Below, piece by piece: positions 9,434 through 19,648 of a stretch of 43,512 nucleotides of DNA. Position 1 is the stretch's first letter. The number at the start of each line of letters is the position of its first letter. This DNA is from a virus (Duplodnaviria; Heunggongvirae; Uroviricota; Caudoviricetes), in the IMG/VR virus record IMGVR_UViG_2690315815_000009; one strand, 5' to 3'. A program made the translations under genes and the position numbers. Below the pieces are notes generated by a model. It saw only the letters and a list, made by a program, of their open reading frames with translations, did no database searches and was not told the origin of the DNA.

Positions 9434-10305
9434 ATATGAGTGTGTCCGTTATACGTTGTGCGGACTTCAGTTATTGTGCCTTGTCGGTCCTGCACCTCTT
9501 GCCCTGCTAACACACTACCGCGAGTTGTGATATTACCTGTTCCACCGTTATCTCCAGTGACAGAAATATCGTTACGGAATGTCGCTAATTTATCTACTAC
9601 TAATGTCTCGGTAATATGCGTTGGACCAGCTAGTGTTATACCACCCGGAGCCCACGCGCTGATTGTTTGAGCTGTCAGCGATATTCTGTTCGCAGCAGTA
9701 ACACTAACAGAACTCGTTGCTATAACGTTCACTAAATCAGCATGTGCGTTAATTGTATCTGTCGCTGTGACATTAATAATATCAGCGTCTGCGTTAATTA
9801 ATTTCCCACCATGGATATTAACTACATTTTCGCTATTAATAGTAACATCTGCGCGTCCAAATATTTCTATTTCAGACTCACCGAGTATTTTTACCACGCC
9901 GTCCGGTACGCCCTGCCATGTCAGAGTGTGATTTTTTGTGTTATACGTCATCGTAGCCCCGTCACAGTATGCAGTGACATGATCATGGGGGTCATTGCTT
10001 GGCGGAGCTTTGTCGTCAATGTGCAGCCCGAGCATAACTACACCGTTCCGCGTATCCCCACCCTCAGAAACAACAGTAACGGGATCGCCCACTGATGGTG
10101 CGCTCCAGTCGACGCGTTCTGAGGTGGCGTGAGTAAACCACTGCAGCCAGCCTGACTGGTGTTCGCCACCAAATGAGACTCGGCAGCGTGGAGGATTCAT
10201 TTTAACTGCAGCTATCGTGCCGCGTTTAACTGCGTCACGCAGCCTGCGCGCGTTCTCCGCTGCAGCATATTCATCGTCCGATTGGGCCATAATAGTCGCC
10301 CTCAT
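9388..10305 (-). CDS. Baseplate assembly protein gpV (central spike / hub)
   Basis: 305 aa upstream of W; repetitive beta-helix-like middle region (INVTATDTINAHADLVNVIATSSVSVTA) and C-terminal HTH..C..G motif typical of P2 V-type spikes. Confidence 0.7.
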   Translation of the reverse strand: MRATIMAQSDDEYAAAENARRLRDAVKRGTIAAVKMNPPRCRVSFGGEHQSGWLQWFTHATSERVDWSAPSVGDPVTVVSEGGDTRNGVVMLGLHIDDKAPPSNDPHDHVTAYCDGATMTYNTKNHTLTWQGVPDGVVKILGESEIEIFGRADVTINSENVVNIHGGKLINADADIINVTATDTINAHADLVNVIATSSVSVTAANRISLTAQTISAWAPGGITLAGPTHITETLVVDKLATFRNDISVTGDNGGTGNITTRGSVLAGQEVQDRQGTITEVRTTYNGHTHICPDGETQQPNQPMA

Positions 10306-10807
10306 GTTCTGCGCCGATATCTGGTGCTATTCCGACGTATATATTTTTCAGGGTCCCCTGTGAGGGATAATCGAAAATATCTGGACCAACGCCTACAACC
10401 TGCGTGAACGACACGCACTGAACTGAATGCGAACCGACTGACTGCCCGTTTTTAATCCAGTCGCACGGTTCCGCGTCGCTGAATTTTGCCGGTTTAGTTC
10501 CGGGACCGAACATTCGCCCATTGATCCAGCTCGTCATATAGAGCGCTGCATTCTGCGATTTCAGTCCGTACTGATCAGCTGCAAATTCACGCAGCAAATA
10601 CAAATTACACGACAGCTCGACTGACTGAATTGAGCCTGGAACCGATTCGTCACTCTGTGACCAGTTGCTGATTTCCAGGAACAGAGCTGGCGTTTCAAAT
10701 CCAGCCGGAATTTCCGGATAAATTCCGAATGTTTTGATGAACGGTATTTGTAAAACCGCGCCTTTAACGCGATCAAGATATTCGTCAAATGCATCCAGTC
10801 CGCTCAT
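10271..10807 (-). CDS. Hypothetical virion protein (tail completion or neck candidate)
   Basis: 178-aa ORF in the operon between head-tail joining genes and the baseplate genes; no family recognised. Confidence 0.3.
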   Translation of the reverse strand: MSGLDAFDEYLDRVKGAVLQIPFIKTFGIYPEIPAGFETPALFLEISNWSQSDESVPGSIQSVELSCNLYLLREFAADQYGLKSQNAALYMTSWINGRMFGPGTKPAKFSDAEPCDWIKNGQSVGSHSVQCVSFTQVVGVGPDIFDYPSQGTLKNIYVGIAPDIGAEHEGDYYGPIGR

Positions 10808-11484
10808 AATCGTTTACCTGTTTTTGGGTCTACGTGGACATTACCTTTCACGCGACCGCGCAAATCTTTCTCAAAAAAGCCCATAAAAACAGGGCCAATG
10901 TTTTCAAAAATATAATCATCGATAGCATCCTCCAGCGCGTCGTGCACAGGTACGCGAGCCTCTTCGATTCCTCCGCGATCCAGTCGAATCCAGACACTTT
11001 TCGCACCGTAGCGTTTCGCTACGAATGAATCGGGCCAACTCATCATCGCCAGCCCTGCACTTTTGGGTGTAAAAGTTGCCCCTCTAGCGCCTTTTTTGGT
11101 TTTCAAAAACAGGCCGGTCTCAAGATCGCGAGGCTGTTTTTGCCTCCGTGGATTTTGTAATCGCCCCTTTAGCTCAGATACCCGGAAATCATTCAGACCG
11201 TACCAGAGCTTGGCGCTGCTCAGGTCTCCTGCCCCTTCTTTTGTAAAATTACGGCGCTTAATGAACGGCTTGATTCGTTTATCTACGGCCTTATGATTTT
11301 TAGCTGCCAGTGCAGTCAAAATCATTCCTGCTGAAATTCGGTGCATATGTTTTGCAGTTCGGTTCAGCGCCCTGTTGTATACCATTAACATTTGATGTTG
11401 CGTCGCGCTGATTTCGACTCTGAGCTGCTCCAGCGCCGAAACATCGATATCGAACATCTGCGCGTTACTACGTAAATCGGCCAC
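10804..11484 (-). CDS. Hypothetical virion morphogenesis protein
   Basis: 226-aa ORF overlapping the downstream gene by 4 nt within the structural operon. Confidence 0.3.
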   Translation of the reverse strand: MADLRSNAQMFDIDVSALEQLRVEISATQHQMLMVYNRALNRTAKHMHRISAGMILTALAAKNHKAVDKRIKPFIKRRNFTKEGAGDLSSAKLWYGLNDFRVSELKGRLQNPRRQKQPRDLETGLFLKTKKGARGATFTPKSAGLAMMSWPDSFVAKRYGAKSVWIRLDRGGIEEARVPVHDALEDAIDDYIFENIGPVFMGFFEKDLRGRVKGNVHVDPKTGKRL

Positions 11485-11515
11485 GGTTCCCCCTTAAGTG
11501 GGACCGAGGTCCCAC

Positions 11516-11896
11516 TTAGTATTTTGAATACTCGCTGTTTTCGCTGGACGTGTGAGGCTCTAAAAAAATATTCGTGAGCCCTGTGCCATCAGGTTGAGGC
11601 TCTTTAACCACGTAATCGGTCCAGCCAGACCAGGTAACAGAGCCGTCAGGTTCGATGCTGCGCTGCTTTGGAACCTGGACGACGTCACGCGCAACAACGC
11701 CAGCGACGTCGTCCGAGAGCGCCGTCAGGCTCGTTACTGTACCGGTAATAAAACCAGCGTGAGGAACGTCAACGCGCGCGTAAGGCTCGTTGAAAATAGC
11801 GATAATGGGGTCGGTTTTACCGCGTAATTTAACGGGCCGTCCCCACTCACGGATCATCTCCTCGTCGCCGGCCCGGAGGTCATCGTAGTAGCTCAT
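11516..11896 (-). CDS. Putative head-tail joining protein (FII-like position)
   Basis: 126 aa immediately after the FI-like gene; positional inference. Confidence 0.35.
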   Translation of the reverse strand: MSYYDDLRAGDEEMIREWGRPVKLRGKTDPIIAIFNEPYARVDVPHAGFITGTVTSLTALSDDVAGVVARDVVQVPKQRSIEPDGSVTWSGWTDYVVKEPQPDGTGLTNIFLEPHTSSENSEYSKY

Positions 11897-12312
11897 AGAG
11901 CGTAAACGTGATCAGCTGCGATAAGGTCTGCGACCTCCGGTGAATCAACAACAATTTCACGGCCTGCGGCAACAATCTCGCGAACGCGACGCCCGTTCAC
12001 GTAGTGATAAACGTCCAGCGTGTTACGCAACTTGACGCGGCGCGTAGCCGGTGCGAGCTCCTGCTCTTGTGACTGTGAAACGATAGCGCTCGCGATTGAT
12101 TGAGCGAGTTCATTATCGGTCCCGGACGCAGTATTCACTGTAATCTCGATGCCTCCCGCGTCACCGGATTGCTCGTTCAGAATATCGAGCTCTGACTCAG
12201 CGCCGGCAACGATTGATTCCAGTTCCGCAATAGTCCCGCTGCGCGGTAATTCGCGACCGAGCTGAGCGCTCAGATCGTCAATACGCGCCAGCAATTCTGT
12301 TTTTGTGCTCAT
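11893..12312 (-). CDS. DNA packaging protein FI-like
   Basis: 139 aa directly after the major capsid gene; N-terminus (MSTKTELLARIDDLSAQLGREL...GTIAELESIVA) resembles lambda FI. Confidence 0.4.
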   Translation of the reverse strand: MSTKTELLARIDDLSAQLGRELPRSGTIAELESIVAGAESELDILNEQSGDAGGIEITVNTASGTDNELAQSIASAIVSQSQEQELAPATRRVKLRNTLDVYHYVNGRRVREIVAAGREIVVDSPEVADLIAADHVYAL

Positions 12313-12346
12313 GTTGATTCCTTAACAAAAAAGAGCCTTTCGACTC

Positions 12347-13381
12347 TTACGCGATTTTTACGACAACGAACGCGTCGGCGTCCGTGAGGACCATTGCTGG
12401 CGCGGATTGCGTCATTGTTTGCGTCACTGCCGGATCACCGGTAGTGGTCCAGACTTTTGGATAGCGCGTCGCTTCGGAAATACCCTCTTTCAGCGCGTCT
12501 TCGTCCTGAATTGCGCCATAAGTGCGGAGCCCGCGGTTTTTTGTGTTGCCAAGGATCATCGTGTTATCCGGCATATAACGCGTTTCAGTGTCTGTTACCG
12601 GGTCGAGGTATTGCCCTTTGTAGACAAACAGCGCAGTGTCGCCGTAGTAGCCTTTAAAGCTGACAACGTCGCCCAGGTTTTTCAGCGCGACCTCGAGCTG
12701 GCTGTTTGAGCCACGGCGCGTATCCAGTGCCGTCCAGAATTTTTTAAAACGCTTCAACTGCTTCCAGGCTTTACCATCCATGATGATCACGTTAACCGCA
12801 CCGGAGGCGAGGTCCGCGTAGGATTCAATATCGTCGCTCGGGTCATACGTTTCCGCGTCCTGAGTCGACCAGGCTGTCGAACCGGACTGAGTGACGTTAT
12901 TCGTCGCGCTGCGGCTCATGTCGATCTCATAGGTCTCGATATTGCTGCCGGAAACAGTGTATTTACCGTACAGAACAGCCTGTACCGCCTGGAACTCTTC
13001 GAGCTGGCTGATGCTCAGTTCCTCATCAAGCAGGTTCTGCATGATGATTTTTGCACGACGTTCGACCGGCGTTTCCGGCTGGCCAATCTGCTCACCGGCT
13101 GCGCGCTTGATGCTCATATTCGGATTGATCGTGTGCTTGGGTTTCGTGTAACCCGGTTTGAAATGGTTCGTTGAATAGCCGCGAGTGCGGTCAACTTTGC
13201 CGGTGATCATCGGCGCGCAGTACACGGCCATGTTCACTTTTCCCGGGATTTTATCCAGAAAAACCTCTTCGCTCGTAAACGTGTAGGTCTCACGGAAAAA
13301 CAGCTTTAAAAACAACGGATTGAACTTAAATACCTGCTGTGTCGCGGTAATCAGTTCTGACGTAGTAAACGAATCGCTCAT
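12347..13381 (-). CDS. Major capsid protein (lambda gpE family)
   Basis: 344 aa; extensive similarity to lambda E (FKFNPLFLKLFFRE, TRRGSNSQLE, GNTKNRGLRTYG, PKVWTTTGDPA). Confidence 0.9.
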   Translation of the reverse strand: MSDSFTTSELITATQQVFKFNPLFLKLFFRETYTFTSEEVFLDKIPGKVNMAVYCAPMITGKVDRTRGYSTNHFKPGYTKPKHTINPNMSIKRAAGEQIGQPETPVERRAKIIMQNLLDEELSISQLEEFQAVQAVLYGKYTVSGSNIETYEIDMSRSATNNVTQSGSTAWSTQDAETYDPSDDIESYADLASGAVNVIIMDGKAWKQLKRFKKFWTALDTRRGSNSQLEVALKNLGDVVSFKGYYGDTALFVYKGQYLDPVTDTETRYMPDNTMILGNTKNRGLRTYGAIQDEDALKEGISEATRYPKVWTTTGDPAVTQTMTQSAPAMVLTDADAFVVVKIA

Positions 13382-13439
13382 TTATATATCCTGTTATAAA
13401 AAAACCGCCCGGAGGCGGCTTGTTTTGAGTTTTTTGCTA

Positions 13440-13769
13440 TCAGCCGACGCTGATCGGCGTACCCGCAAATGCTGATTTGCGTTTAGCTACGTCGGTAACC
13501 GTACCCCAGTTAATCGCCGTGTAACGGAACGAGCCTGATTTATAGTACGAGCAGTCTGCAGAACTGGAGCCAGTATTAACTGCGGTGGCAGTGAGGCCAA
13601 TAGCTTTACCGACTGAGCCGTCCCAAACCTTAAACGTCCCGACAGTAGCGTCGAGCATAATCGGTGTCAGCCGGGGTACGTTGATCCCGCCCTGAAAATG
13701 ACCGACGGTCGTGACAACAAGGTCAGGCCCAAGAATAAAATCGTCCGGGCTATACGTTTCTGTAGTCAT
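13440..13769 (-). CDS. Head decoration protein (lambda gpD family)
   Basis: 109 aa; resembles lambda D (LTPIMLDA...KVWDG...YKSGSFRY...KRKSAFAGT). Confidence 0.8.
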   Translation of the reverse strand: MTTETYSPDDFILGPDLVVTTVGHFQGGINVPRLTPIMLDATVGTFKVWDGSVGKAIGLTATAVNTGSSSADCSYYKSGSFRYTAINWGTVTDVAKRKSAFAGTPISVG

Positions 13770-15076
13770 TATTCATCCCCTAAAATTGAACGCCCTGCAG
13801 CAACCAGCATCGAGACGTTTGCGGTTGTTCCTGTTGCCGTAGTACTGCCAGCATCCTGAATAGTCGCTGGTGATTCAGTGCTCATTAGTGTATCGAGCGC
13901 CGTTTCTGTCCGCGCCTGCGCCGTTTTAGGTGCTGCAGCGAGGACTACCTGCGCCTGCCCGACCGTCATCCCGGGGACGCCAGCGAGCGCTTTTGCCTGC
14001 GCCTCGCGCCCAACAGCTTCGGGACAATTGATGATGGCCATCACACGCGCCAGTTCGCTTGATGCGGCGTCCGCGCGAATCTGCTCCGTGTTAAACTCAA
14101 CCTGCGCGACAGTAGTCGTGGTCGCGGTTTGTTCTGTGGTCGTGGTCTCCGCCGTGGTTTCTGTACCAGACATAAAGCGCTCCATTTTTGGTTTCAGTGC
14201 GTCGGCCATCACTGCGATAGCGTCCGCGTAATTAACGAGTTGATCAGCGAGACCAGATTTAATCGCGTCCGCGCCGATAAATACTGCAGCTTCCGTGGCC
14301 AGCACCCTGGATTTTTTCAGCCCGGTATAATCCGAGACTTTTTGCGCGAACTGCTCGCGCGTGCTGTTAATACTCAGCTGGAATTCGTCGCGAACGTCGC
14401 CTGGCAGCTGGGAATACGGGTTCCCGTCAACTTTGTGCGCGCCGGCGTAAATCAGCGTCACGTCGACGCCAGCAATCTCCAGCGCTTTTTCGACGCAGCG
14501 GTGAGCCATCAGGACACCGATTGAACCAACTGTGCCTGTCTGCGTTATCAGCCGGCGCGAACACGCTGACGCCAGCAAATAGGCAGCGCTGCAGGCCGTA
14601 TCGCTGGCCAGCGCCCACACAGGTTTTTGCTCTCGCGCCCGGGCGATTAAATCAGCAGTATCAAACGCGCCGGCGACTTCACCGCCAGGGGAGTCAATAT
14701 CAAGCAGGACCCCTCTTACATCGGGATCAGAAATCGCCTGCTGCAGGCGTTTTGCGATTCCGTTGTAACCGCTCATCCCGCTAACTGGGTTGATATAACC
14801 CAATTTATGAACCAGCGTCCCGGTAACCGGCAGAACGGCTATACCACGCTCCACGCGATACGATTTCTGGCGTGTTCGCTCGCTGCTGTCCCACCCCATC
14901 GCGAGCGCGTTCATTTCGTCGCTGTTCATTACCTCTCCAGACGCTGTATCAATCAGTCGCCCGGTACCGAACCGGTCGCTCAGCGCCGAAAAAAATACCC
15001 GCGCGTAGGTGGGCTCCAGCAAAAGCGGTTGATTGAACGCCCTGGCGGCGAGGTGCGGAAAATTGTTCCACGGCAT
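13769..15076 (-). CDS. Head maturation protease / scaffold (lambda gpC, S49 family), likely with a nested Nu3-like scaffold region
   Basis: 435 aa following the portal gene; ClpP/S49-like core and Thr/Ala-rich C-terminal third. Confidence 0.8.
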   Translation of the reverse strand: MPWNNFPHLAARAFNQPLLLEPTYARVFFSALSDRFGTGRLIDTASGEVMNSDEMNALAMGWDSSERTRQKSYRVERGIAVLPVTGTLVHKLGYINPVSGMSGYNGIAKRLQQAISDPDVRGVLLDIDSPGGEVAGAFDTADLIARAREQKPVWALASDTACSAAYLLASACSRRLITQTGTVGSIGVLMAHRCVEKALEIAGVDVTLIYAGAHKVDGNPYSQLPGDVRDEFQLSINSTREQFAQKVSDYTGLKKSRVLATEAAVFIGADAIKSGLADQLVNYADAIAVMADALKPKMERFMSGTETTAETTTTEQTATTTTVAQVEFNTEQIRADAASSELARVMAIINCPEAVGREAQAKALAGVPGMTVGQAQVVLAAAPKTAQARTETALDTLMSTESPATIQDAGSTTATGTTANVSMLVAAGRSILGDE

Positions 15077-16650
15077 CAGTTACCTCCCCAGCCGTTATCG
15101 TTGGTATTTGAGGGGTGAGATACAGACCATGACGGTTCGCTCAGCCCCATTTCACGCCGGCGCTGAATTTCGTATTCCTGCTGCTCCATAACCTCCTCGT
15201 AATCCTGTCCCTGCAGCGCCAGTTCGTTCTGATACGTGCTGAGGCCAGTTGTGATGCGCATGGCGCTCTCCTGAACCTCTTTCAGCCCATCAATCGCCAT
15301 GCGACCAGCGCCGATCCAGAGCGCGTTCGTCCAGGAGTTCCGCGCCTCATAAAACGACCGGACAGCTGAGCGTGGCAGGGTGATAATTCCGCGTGCCAGC
15401 GCCTCTTCAAACCAGCAGCAGAACATCAGCGACGCCTGTCGCGCGGCGATAAAACGTCGACGCCCCATGAAAAATCGCCAGCTGACGTTAGCACTGGCCC
15501 GGGCGCTGGAGTAACTGACCTGGCTGTAGTCCCGGCTAAGTTCTTCGTATGACGCGCCAACGCCAGCTGCAACGTAACGCAGGAGTGATTTTTCCAGTGA
15601 ACTAAAACCAGCATCAGCATTCTGAGCGGTCTGTAAACTGAGTTTGTCGCCGGGATGCAGGTGGGGAACTTTCACACCACCGAGCTTGATATTTGCGCCG
15701 TTGTAGTACGTCACGTAACTCTGAATAAACGAATTCAGCGGGTTCGAGTCGATATCAGTACCCGCGCCGGCGATATATTCAAACGCCTGCTGGCTGTCGA
15801 GCTCTGATTCGATTGTCGCGGCATACATCGCCTTCACAATGGCGCTCTGCAGTTGTGTTTGCTGCAGTGTGTCGAGCATTTTCAGGCGCTCCATGACGCT
15901 GTAAAAAATATTGTCCCCGCGGGTCTGTCCGTCCTCGAGCGGCTCGAATATGTGGATGAATGCGTGTCTGCCGCTGCTGAGCTGTGCTGGGATACGCCGG
16001 CATTTACCGACTCCGCCGAGAGGGTAAGTATCCTCGGCTATCCAGTACCCGACCGCGGCCCCGTTTTTATCGATATCAACACCGGCGCGGCGAAATTGAG
16101 TGTCAGCTGCGTAACCCGGATTTCGAATCCGTTTCGGTGAGACCATTTTGAATCGCGTCCGAAAAACGCTGCCGGCACTACTCTCCCAGACTGGTTGTAC
16201 GCAGGTTTCACCGTTGAAAGCGTGAGTAGCCACGCCCTCGCGGATCATCATTGTGAACGTCCGTTTCCGCTCGATATCAATCGTGCAGTGAGGGTCCTCG
16301 GCGTATTCAGTCCACGCTACCTCGACGTCACGCGCCAGCGCCCTGGCGTCCTCGCGAGATATGCCGAGGTAACGCCAGTTAGGGCGATAACTCAACTTAA
16401 ACAGATTGCCGACGATATGATCCTGGTGCAGCTGCACGGCGTTCGACGCGACGCCGTTATTGCGAACGAGATCGTCTGCTCGCGCGTTACCGCGATAAAA
16501 ATTCGGCAACAGTGCTGCGTCGGCGCTCTGCTGTGGTGCGTTCCAGTCAATCAGCTGGCCACCGAAACCGGGACCGCCGCCGTTATACCCCGCGTAACGG
16601 CGTAGTGGCGTTTTACCGTCAGGCCCGAGCAGCTGCTGCGGAGCAGTCAT
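15076..16650 (-). CDS. Portal protein (lambda gpB family)
   Basis: 524 aa; long conserved blocks shared with lambda B (LLPNFYRGNARADDLVRNNG, KRTFTMMIREGVA, TRGDNIFYSVMERLKMLDTLQ). Confidence 0.9.
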   Translation of the reverse strand: MTAPQQLLGPDGKTPLRRYAGYNGGGPGFGGQLIDWNAPQQSADAALLPNFYRGNARADDLVRNNGVASNAVQLHQDHIVGNLFKLSYRPNWRYLGISREDARALARDVEVAWTEYAEDPHCTIDIERKRTFTMMIREGVATHAFNGETCVQPVWESSAGSVFRTRFKMVSPKRIRNPGYAADTQFRRAGVDIDKNGAAVGYWIAEDTYPLGGVGKCRRIPAQLSSGRHAFIHIFEPLEDGQTRGDNIFYSVMERLKMLDTLQQTQLQSAIVKAMYAATIESELDSQQAFEYIAGAGTDIDSNPLNSFIQSYVTYYNGANIKLGGVKVPHLHPGDKLSLQTAQNADAGFSSLEKSLLRYVAAGVGASYEELSRDYSQVSYSSARASANVSWRFFMGRRRFIAARQASLMFCCWFEEALARGIITLPRSAVRSFYEARNSWTNALWIGAGRMAIDGLKEVQESAMRITTGLSTYQNELALQGQDYEEVMEQQEYEIQRRREMGLSEPSWSVSHPSNTNDNGWGGN

Positions 16651-16880
16651 AATCGAACTCCCACGGGCCGACGGCGTCCCGTACTCAGACCGAGCTGTGA
16701 TTTCAGCTCGATAATGTACGTTCGGAGCTGCTCAATACTCGCCTGCGAGTATTGATAGCTCCGGTTATTTCCTGCTGAATCGCCGTGAGACAGCGACACG
16801 GTCGATTTACCCGTTAATAATTTGTGCAGAGCGATTTCCGCTTCCAGCAGTCGTTCTGTTAAAACCTCGCGCGACGTCAT
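16647..16880 (-). CDS. Head-to-tail joining protein W (lambda gpW family)
   Basis: 77 aa between terminase large subunit and portal; resembles lambda W. Confidence 0.8.
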   Translation of the reverse strand: MTSREVLTERLLEAEIALHKLLTGKSTVSLSHGDSAGNNRSYQYSQASIEQLRTYIIELKSQLGLSTGRRRPVGVRL

Positions 16881-18841
16881 TAGCTCCCTCCGAGCATTCT
16901 GGCCATCTCCTCGAGAGACAGTTTGTTTTGTGATTTTTTCCGTTGCTCAGCGAGCGTCTCGAGATTGAGCTGGAAACGAATTTTACTGATACGCAGCGCT
17001 GCCAGTCCGTACACCCAGCAGTCGAGCGCCTCATTTCGCCGGCCCTGGTTGTCCCAACGATAAACGACGCGACCGTTAATGAGTTTCGGGATCAGAACCT
17101 CGGAGACGAGCTGTTTTGCCTCTGTCGTGCTGAATATTTCGTCGTCGTTGGGAAAATGAATCGCACCTGGTGTCGCCGATTTGGAGTCGGGTTCCAGCTG
17201 CAGGCGCATTGCGAGCAGGTCTTTCGCTGTATCTGTCCCAATCAACGACAAATACACTTTATTCGCGTTACGGGTACGAGGCATATTTACGACCGGCTGG
17301 CCGTATGAGCTCGCGCCCTTGATTGGAATGACCCACAGCGGACCGAGTTTCAGCGAGCGGTTATAAACGACCTGCGCATCTATACCACCGGTATCCCACG
17401 CCCAGCGACTGACGCCGATTGTGGTCCCGTCGCTGCGCCGGTATTGTTTGCGAATCACTCCGTCGACGCGCTGCAGCGTGTCCTCCTCGTCGTAGCGACC
17501 GAGGACGATTGTTTTATCAATCAGCCAGCACTCCTCCTCGGCTCCCCAGCCCCACACATAACACTCGTAGCGCCCGGACGTCTGAGAGTCGATGCCGCCG
17601 GTTATATAAACAACACCGTCAGGAACCTGGCTGGCGTATTTTTCCCGGCGATTAACCAGAATATCGTGCTCCAGCTGCTCGCTGGCCACGTCGCTCCAGA
17701 GTTCGCCGAGCGTCGTGTTATGAAACGTCTTTTCCTTGAGCGGGTCGCCTTTCGCTTTCAGCCACTCGCTGACAATCTCGCCCCATCCATCGAGGTTTAG
17801 TGAATACAGGGCGTTTATCACGATCGCAGCGTGTTTCGGCGCGCGAACGACGCCACCGTCATGATCAAAAAAATGAATGCCGTCTCGGGTCCAGGTGCAG
17901 TCCTCGGCTATCCAGCGCCCCCCGAACTCCATTTTTTCGAGATCGCGATAGTAAAAATGTTCCGGGCAGTGGCAGCACTGGTAATACGCGGACGACGATT
18001 TCGCCTCATTGGTCTGCAGGCTGTTATCCCATTTGAGGCCGTATTCGATACCGTCGAAACCAAATACCAGGACCTGCTCCTCGCCACAATGCGGACATGT
18101 CAGGTAAAAACGAAACGTCAGATCGGCAGCGTCTTCGAGCATTTCGATATGACTTTTGCCGGTAACGGTCGGCGTCGAACCAAAAATCGCCTTCGGGTAC
18201 GCTGCCCCTTTAATTCGAACGAGCGCCAGTTCGATGGGCGAGCCCTCGCCTTTGCCTTTTTTGGCAACTTCCAGCGGCCAGCCGTCAACTTCGTCACCCT
18301 CGACAACCTGTTTCGTTAGTCGCCGGAAATTTCCTGGTGCACTCGCGCCGCGAAAATCAAGAATCGCGCCGCTCATTTCTTTACGCTGGAGATTGTTACG
18401 CTCGTTGCTTTTATCCCAGTCGGGGAAAATTTTCTGAATCACTGGCATTTCGGCGATAGCGGGGTCAACCTCGTCGGCGACAAATCCATCCGATTCGTCA
18501 TCGATAGGCTGATAGACCACGGCACTACGTTTTTTGTGCTCAGCGAAATAGAGCAGCGCCGCGACGAGTATTTTTGTATAACCGAGACGAGCTGATTTGC
18601 GAACAGACACGATTTTTATCGCGTCGTTCGTCATCATATTGAGCATCACTACCTGGACCGGCTGAGTCGTCCAGTGCCCAGCGATGTGGCTGGAGCCCTC
18701 AGGGAGATAAAAATATTTATCAGCCCACTCAACACCCGTCATCGGTATCGTCACGCGCAAGGGATTCAACCCTGTCGAGATCGCGTTCGATATCGCTGAC
18801 ATCGTAATCGCTGAAGTCGATTCGTATGTCTGACAACTCAT
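16880..18841 (-). CDS. Terminase large subunit (lambda gpA family)
   Basis: 653 aa; strong similarity to lambda A (VEWAD..YLP, CPHCGEEQ, HNTTLGE, GGIDSQ, RNEALDCWVYGLAALRIS). Start may lie downstream at a later Met. Confidence 0.9.
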   Translation of the reverse strand: MSCQTYESTSAITMSAISNAISTGLNPLRVTIPMTGVEWADKYFYLPEGSSHIAGHWTTQPVQVVMLNMMTNDAIKIVSVRKSARLGYTKILVAALLYFAEHKKRSAVVYQPIDDESDGFVADEVDPAIAEMPVIQKIFPDWDKSNERNNLQRKEMSGAILDFRGASAPGNFRRLTKQVVEGDEVDGWPLEVAKKGKGEGSPIELALVRIKGAAYPKAIFGSTPTVTGKSHIEMLEDAADLTFRFYLTCPHCGEEQVLVFGFDGIEYGLKWDNSLQTNEAKSSSAYYQCCHCPEHFYYRDLEKMEFGGRWIAEDCTWTRDGIHFFDHDGGVVRAPKHAAIVINALYSLNLDGWGEIVSEWLKAKGDPLKEKTFHNTTLGELWSDVASEQLEHDILVNRREKYASQVPDGVVYITGGIDSQTSGRYECYVWGWGAEEECWLIDKTIVLGRYDEEDTLQRVDGVIRKQYRRSDGTTIGVSRWAWDTGGIDAQVVYNRSLKLGPLWVIPIKGASSYGQPVVNMPRTRNANKVYLSLIGTDTAKDLLAMRLQLEPDSKSATPGAIHFPNDDEIFSTTEAKQLVSEVLIPKLINGRVVYRWDNQGRRNEALDCWVYGLAALRISKIRFQLNLETLAEQRKKSQNKLSLEEMARMLGGS

Positions 18842-19295
18842 TTAAGGCTATCGCCAGCTCCTCTCGTAATACACTGCTCGCCTCTTGCGGCATCTCCGGC
18901 CAGACCTTTTTCAGGCGTGGTGGCCACGACTCGACGCGGGTACGTAATTCAACGGCGACGCGAGATACAGCGACGCTAATTAATTCAATTGGCGCGTAGC
19001 GTTTAGCGAGAATGCGGCGTTTTACTCGTGCCATCAGGATTCGCTCCTGTCGTTCCTCATTTTTCAGCCACTGCTCGCGATTTTTTTCGGGAGAATTGTC
19101 CCCCGCTTCCGGTTCGTCATTACTAGTTGTGTCGCGTCTATTGCTCCGGAGATAACGAATATAAAAATGGCGCCATGCGTCTAGCTCCCAATCACCACGT
19201 CCTTGTGGGACTGGTGCTCCCGGAAGTTTTGCGAGATCGCGCAGACGACGATCAGATAGCAGTAAATGTGCTGCAACCTCAGCCTGACTTGCCAT
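18729..19295 (-). CDS. Terminase small subunit (Nu1-like)
   Basis: 188 aa immediately upstream of the large subunit; N-terminal HTH-like region resembling Nu1. Confidence 0.65.
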   Translation of the reverse strand: MASQAEVAAHLLLSDRRLRDLAKLPGAPVPQGRGDWELDAWRHFYIRYLRSNRRDTTSNDEPEAGDNSPEKNREQWLKNEERQERILMARVKRRILAKRYAPIELISVAVSRVAVELRTRVESWPPRLKKVWPEMPQEASSVLREELAIALNELSDIRIDFSDYDVSDIERDLDRVESLARDDTDDGC

Positions 19296-19379
19296 TAAAA
19301 ATCCTCACCGGAACCGGAAATACCCAAAATGAAAAAATACTAAAAACGAGCGAGTTTTTGCGCGTCTACCGACCCTCGG

Positions 19380-19440
19380 TGTTTTGGATTTCGGAAAGGA
19401 CCCGCGACCAGGGGGCTATCTCCCTTTCAGGACAGGAATT
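19380..19440. other. Candidate cos region (cosN-like)
   Basis: GC-rich segment GGAAAGGACCCGCGACCAGGGGGC upstream of the terminase genes, partly resembling the lambda cos core (CGCGGGT...) in reverse orientation. Confidence 0.2.
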
Positions 19441-19648
19441 AGGGGCTCGCATCAGGTTCATCAAACTCAACTGTAGCCTCGCGGCGTACTTGTTTGCATA
19501 CATCAGCTTTGTGTATCTGATTATCAGCGTAAGCTTTCACTTTGGCAGCGAGCCATCCTTTTGTGCTGTATCGATAGACTACCGAACAAGTTTTCCATAT
19601 ATGTATATATCTTGAACTTATTGATATCATTACAGAAAAACAACAACC

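Noticed and set aside
104-19615. Numerous plus-strand ORFs of 60-180 aa lying inside the minus-strand structural genes (for example 104..421, 1466..1741, 4144..4398, 12407..12709, 13878..14231, 16195..16605, 17831..18319, 19127..19615)
   Set aside because: They are fully embedded antisense to long, well-supported virion genes, lack ribosome-binding sites and have low-complexity Arg/Ser/Pro-rich translations typical of shadow ORFs.
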